Position numbers and translations under genes: made by a program. From Trichinella spiralis (Eukaryota), in assembly GCF_000181795.1 (NCBI RefSeq), contig NW_003526941.1, positions 1,329,859 through 1,354,879 on the forward strand: DNA of 25,021 nucleotides, in the 5' to 3' direction. This document shows positions 19,823-25,021 of this stretch, in pieces. The notes beneath the pieces were generated by a model that was not told the origin of the DNA, ran no database searches, and was given only the letters and a program-made list of their open reading frames with translations. Each line of letters begins with the position of its first letter. Position 1 is the stretch's first letter.

Positions 19823-22800
19823 TATACCACCTTTTCTGTCTTCTTCTCCCAACCTATGCTCCTCTCCTGTCCTCTCCTCACAACCTGTACTCCTCTCCTC
19901 CATTTCCTCCTCCAAAGGCTTGGCCTTCCATTAATGCTTCCATTCCTCCTTCCTGAATTCCAGTTACTTACCTTCTTTTCCAAATCTTTTTCCTTCATTT
20001 CCAATTCCTTACCCTGTCAAAATCTTTTCCTTACCTGGTGAGCAGATGTCTCTTTCTTCCAGTTCTTCTTTCTACTCTTCTCGATCTTCAGATTGTGATC
20101 TGAAACGTGACGTTCACAAAAGTATTTAGAACTTACCGCGACAGGAACGATGTTTACAGATGTTATTCCATTGCAGTCAGTTTCTTCAGGGACCTCCAAG
20201 ATGTTATGCCTGAAAAACAAAAATAATTAAATAGCTTAAATAATTAGCGTAAATATTACTTACTTTTGGTGACAGGGTGGTAATTCACACTTTGTGCATT
20301 CCCATTTTGTTTCTTCTTGCAGTGGATTGATACTGTCAGATTGGTACTTACCTTCCTGTCCATATCTTCCTTTTCCTTGTTTTCTTCTACCAATTCCTCA
20401 CCATATCAAAATCTTTTCCTTAGCTGGCGAGCAGATGTCTCTTCTTTCTTCCTCCTCTATTTCTAGTCTTCTCGATGTGATTGTGATCTGAATACTTAAA
20501 ACTTACCGCCCCTTGACACGGACGATGTCTTCTTGTTTACAGATGTTCATTGCAGTCAGTTTCTTCAGGGACCTTCACGATGCCATCTTGTTTAGACACC
20601 GCCTGAAAAACAGAAATATAAATTTGAATACCTTAAATAATTAGGTTAAATATTACGTACTTTTGGTGACAGGGAGACAATTCGCACTTTGTGCATTCCC
20701 ATTGTTTCTCCTTGCAGTGCAATGGCGTTACTGTCTGTGAACACGTCTATGAAATGAGCGGAATCAAATTTAGCTGTTTTCCAACTGACTACGTACCTAT
20801 TTATGAAAGGAAACATTATCACCATTCATGAAAAATCTCTTGTTTTTCCGTTGCAGCCTCATGCTCCTCTTTCACGAGTGGATGTTGTAGTCTATAAACA
20901 GTTGTGCTTTAACGATGAGTAGATTTAAATAGTACTTAATATTACTTAATTTTTATGACAGTCGAAGACTTGTTCTTCTTTACTGACCATTCCCGCTATC
21001 TTGTTTATCTTGCATATTTTATATTGTCGATAGCATGCATGCCTGTAAAATTAGCGGAATTAAATTTAGTTACTTGCTGTCACGTACTTACTTATGAGGG
21101 AAAACATCATCGTCATGCATAAAACGTCCATTACGTTTAGTGTAGAAATTAGCTAATCTAATTATCTACTTTCTGCTTGGTTTTTGCAGTTTCAATCTGG
21201 ATGACTGTCTGTTCATTTGGAAGCCATTTTTTAGGTTGAGAATTTTCTTACCAATCATACGTTCGAACAGGGAACATTTCCAACGGTTGGAGTACCAAAT
21301 GCAAGGGGTGCCAGGTACAAGGAAACGCGATCCACAGTTTCTTCGCTTTGCTGGAAATTCAAACGTTTGAGGTAAATGAATTTTCTCTATTTATAATTGT
21401 CACTGATATCAGATTATATTGTCTTATTATGGGTGTGAAATAGCCATATTGTAAAAGTTAATTGAAGACGAATGACAGTGCATCTGATTGTAATTTATAT
21501 TCACACATACTAATCGTAAGTGCATTAACTTACTTGTTAAATCATGTGCGTATGAAAATAATTCAGCGACGGGGTAAATGAAGATGCTGCTATTCGAGGA
21601 TTTCTAAAATAAAATTACTTTATCAACTCAGTTAAAATTAAATATCCCTACCCTAATTAATTTCCATCAGTATACATGACGATAATTACTCATCTTCCAT
21701 GTTTTAATCCAAATTTCAGAATATTAGTGAGCATAAATGTTTTCCGTACATGTTGTCTTCGTTCCCCCGTCTTAAATAGTCAGACATGTTGAATACTTCG
21801 AGCTAAGTAAAGGTAATGGTGATGAATTAAATCTGAAGTATTAAGCAGCAACCGGTTAATGTAAGGTATACGTACTGTTATTTATCTTCAGAGGTAGAAT
21901 TACTGTGTTGTAGCCTTTCCTTGAATGTTTTGCCTACAATTTCCAAGTTTTATATCGAGCGGACTTTCTTTTCATACCTGCGTGTTGTCTTTATTCTTTC
22001 CAGCATTTCAAACCTTCAACCGTTTCCAATAATTCAACACTGGAAAAATAACTATGGAATAAGAATTAAATAACAAGCGTACGTTAATAGTATTTGAAAA
22101 AGAAACTCAGTTAATCCAAAATATACATACCATTTTGCATTTTCGGTGGAATATGCTGTTGTTTTCTTTTCTTGAAAGTTCTATATTAATGTAAATTTCA
22201 ATACGAGTGAAGCGAAACAAATTTTTTACTTACATGTCGTCTTCTATCATCCGCCAAATTACGCGACCATTTACAATCATCGAAAAGAAATTCAAATTTA
22301 GGAATTTAAAACACATTGCTTGAATATTAAAATCAGATGCACTGTCATTCGTCTTCAATTACATTTTATAATATGGCTATTTCACTTTTATCTGGTCGTA
22401 TTTATTAAAAGGATATACTACACAGTGTTGATTATAAAAATAATATTGTATTGCTTACATGCTTTCTATGTTCACTTGATTTTAAGTATGTAGAAATGGT
22501 GATCAGCTCTCTTTTCATTTTCAAAAAACGATGTTGCAATAATGCCTGTATTGGTACATTTCAGTATTAAATATCAAATCTAACATTAATTAGAAATTGT
22601 ACTTGTTGATATCGATCACACGTGTACGCAGTATTCAAGTCATGTGAATTCTGAAACTAAAATACATTACTGTTGTCAATTGCTTCAGCGCATAACTTAT
22701 AAGTACGTACTTGTTTCTCAGCAGCATCTGTATAAAACCAATGTAATATATTTCAAAGAGCATTTTCATGTTAGTATAAAAAGATACTAAAATCCAATTA

Positions 22801-24420
22801 GTTGGTATTTAGTATATTTTGTTAAGTCATGCAATGGTAGTCATGCAACATCAAAATGCATTATCGAATAACATACCTCTTCATTATATATAATATTCAA
22901 GAGTGAAATTGTAATTCAGGACGTGCCGTTACGGCGACGCACGAAATAAGTAACCAAGAAAACTCGTGATACACTAAATAAGAATAAATTATATGACCGT
23001 GAGGTGAAATTTTGAAAGGTTGTGAATGTATATAATATTGCCCTTGGTAGAACAAACTAATTTTCATTTAGTAATAACCCTATAGCATAAACCTATTTCA
23101 AAACGTTTGTTAACATTACTGTTATGCCGAAGGATAATTTGCTTACATTCATGTAATTGTATGCAAAATACAATTTACATGAAAAACTATAGTATGAAAA
23201 AGTGAGGATGCGACGCTAAAATAACGTAATTGCTTTCAGAAGTTACGAAACAAAACATGAGATTCAAGATACCGAATATAATGCGTAATGCTTTATATTG
23301 CCTTCTAAAATATTGACTGATAAGAAGCATCTTTAAGTGAAAGAAAGTAAAGGAAAGTTTCCAACGCTGCTGCGACGTTATGTATCTGTTGTCCATAAAT
23401 TTCGAATGGGTACGTTTATCCTTTTATTGCCCTTACAATAGTGTTTGAATCAGATTGTGTGAAAATACTAGTACTGGAGAAGTACGTTTCAAGGAATCGA
23501 AAAATATTACACAAATGCATGCAGTTTTTGCGAATACTACATACTGAAGTAAAAACTATATCCTATATTCAATACAATAGTGGCTACAGAAATATATAGA
23601 AATTCTATATGTTTAGAGAAATTTTCTCCAAACATAACAATGATCAATCGGAGAGCAAATAAATGATGTCCATACCTGTTCCCACCGTCGTTGCCTACAT
23701 ATTATTCATTAAGGTGCAGCAGAAATGGCATGTATTGTAATTTTCAGAAAAAAAAGATAAGTATTAGAAAGAAGTTTGATAAATATGCATATCATATTAC
23801 ATTCTGAGCTTTCATCGAAGGTTCAGCACGAGAAATGAAATGCATCATTCTGTGAGTAAGAAATTGTTTGAGGTAATGCATACAAACAACGTGAGTACAA
23901 TTATTAAAAAGCAACTTACTTTTTAATTTTCATAATTTTGAAGAGTTGACATGAACGGGCTTCATGAAGAAAGTTCTTCACACTGATAAAATGAATGATG
24001 ATGTAAATAACATTCCATTCATAGTCGATACAGCACAGAAGACTTGAGCTCTTTGCTTGACTAATATTCTTTCTCATAATAAACGATATGACCATAACGA
24101 TGACATTTCGTAATGTGGGCCAAATTCAACCTCAAGGGAATAGAGTAATGTTACATTGCCTTTGGTAGACTCTGCTAACTTTTACACAGGAGGAAATTAA
24201 TCACATAAACACACGCAGAGGGAGAAATGCATTACTAAATGATGAATTGCAATTTGCTATTATCACAAACAGATGAATTGCAACATGAAATGTTACACCG
24301 TGAGTTTGTATTCCATTTGTAAATAACATCAGTTATTATTTACATTTCAATACTGAAACAATTTACAGCAAAATAAAATGATATGAAAACGTAGGAAACC
24401 TGGAATGAAAAAAAATAGAA
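19823..24420 (-). pseudogene. Decayed multi-exon gene of unknown family, copy 2
   Basis: Same structure as copy 1 with different lesions: CAA instead of TAA at 22603-22605, but a lost donor near 22390, a lost acceptor near 22755, and 2-nt deletions. Confidence 0.45.
21435..22385. repeat. 55-bp inverted repeat in copy 2 (arms 21435-21489 and 22331-22385)
   Basis: Same arms as in copy 1. Confidence 0.93.
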
Positions 24421-25021
24421 GGCGAAAAGAGATGTAGAAGAATAAGCCAATATAAAGAATGTTTCATGTGGTGTATTCGTTGCTTCAAAAAATAGCTCAC
24501 ATTTAAAGAAAGTTACTGATAAAACACTTTCCTACGTATTAAAAAAGGCAGATGGCAACTTTAGAGGCCATTTAACCAACAAGTACGGGTTTGTAGGCGT
24601 CAGTTCTTTCCAGATCACTCTACTTTATCAGACCTTAGCAATATATAACAAAAAAAACGAAATTTGTGACAAAAGCCTACTTTCGAAAATCGCAAAAACA
24701 GCAAAGGCTATAGCCTTGCTTTTTAAAAGGTCGAAAATTTTAAATTTTTGAGAAAATGATTTCAATTGATCAGAAAAAATATGATAATCACTACAAACCT
24801 AGTCTCACGTTTTATGAATGCGTATTTGCCGAGATATTGCTAAAAAAGTTGCACGACAATGCGATTTTAATGGGAGCAACAGAAAACGAAATGAAACCTG
24901 CGCATTTGATAATAAAGAAAAGAATTACATTTCATTATTATTTATATATAATTTGCATCTTATATTCCTCCTAGAAATGTTGCTGATTCTAATAGCATTT
25001 GTACCTGAAATTCTTTTTGTA

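Larger units (their letters stand above)
19153..24574. repeat. ~5.4-kb unit, copy 2 of a direct duplication
   Basis: Matches 13785-19083 with scattered substitutions, small indels and one extra satellite unit. It begins immediately after the N gap. Confidence 0.95.

Noticed and set aside
24756..24974. 72-aa + strand ORF at the window end
   Set aside because: No recognisable similarity and an AT-rich low-information tail; cannot be supported from this window.

Overview
AT-rich eukaryotic DNA with short (mostly 60-100 nt) GT-AG introns; an animal, and my inference is a nematode, possibly Trichinella-like. Bases 1-10949 (+) hold the 3' portion of a beta-heavy spectrin gene (sma-1/karst/SPTBN5 class). 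I spliced it by hand into 28 exons and about 2800 codons: about 22 spectrin repeats, a PH domain and a Ser/Thr-rich tail with a basic tip. It has a (CAG)9 polyQ tract and a probable regulated cassette exon near the 3' end. After the 3' UTR comes an ORF-less + strand stretch rich in splice sites (~11.6-13.5 kb) ending in an 18-bp GA-rich minisatellite. Then there are two near-identical direct copies of a ~5.3-5.4 kb unit (13785-19083 and 19153-24574) separated by a 10-N gap. Each copy starts with a palindrome-rich TAGCCT satellite (~212-bp higher-order period). It continues with a decayed minus-strand micro-exon gene, internal exon-module duplications and a 55-bp inverted repeat. I could not recognise a transposase, rRNA, tRNA or CRISPR array. 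The repeat unit's architecture is the most unusual part, but the duplication may be an assembly artefact and I cannot show it is a new system.
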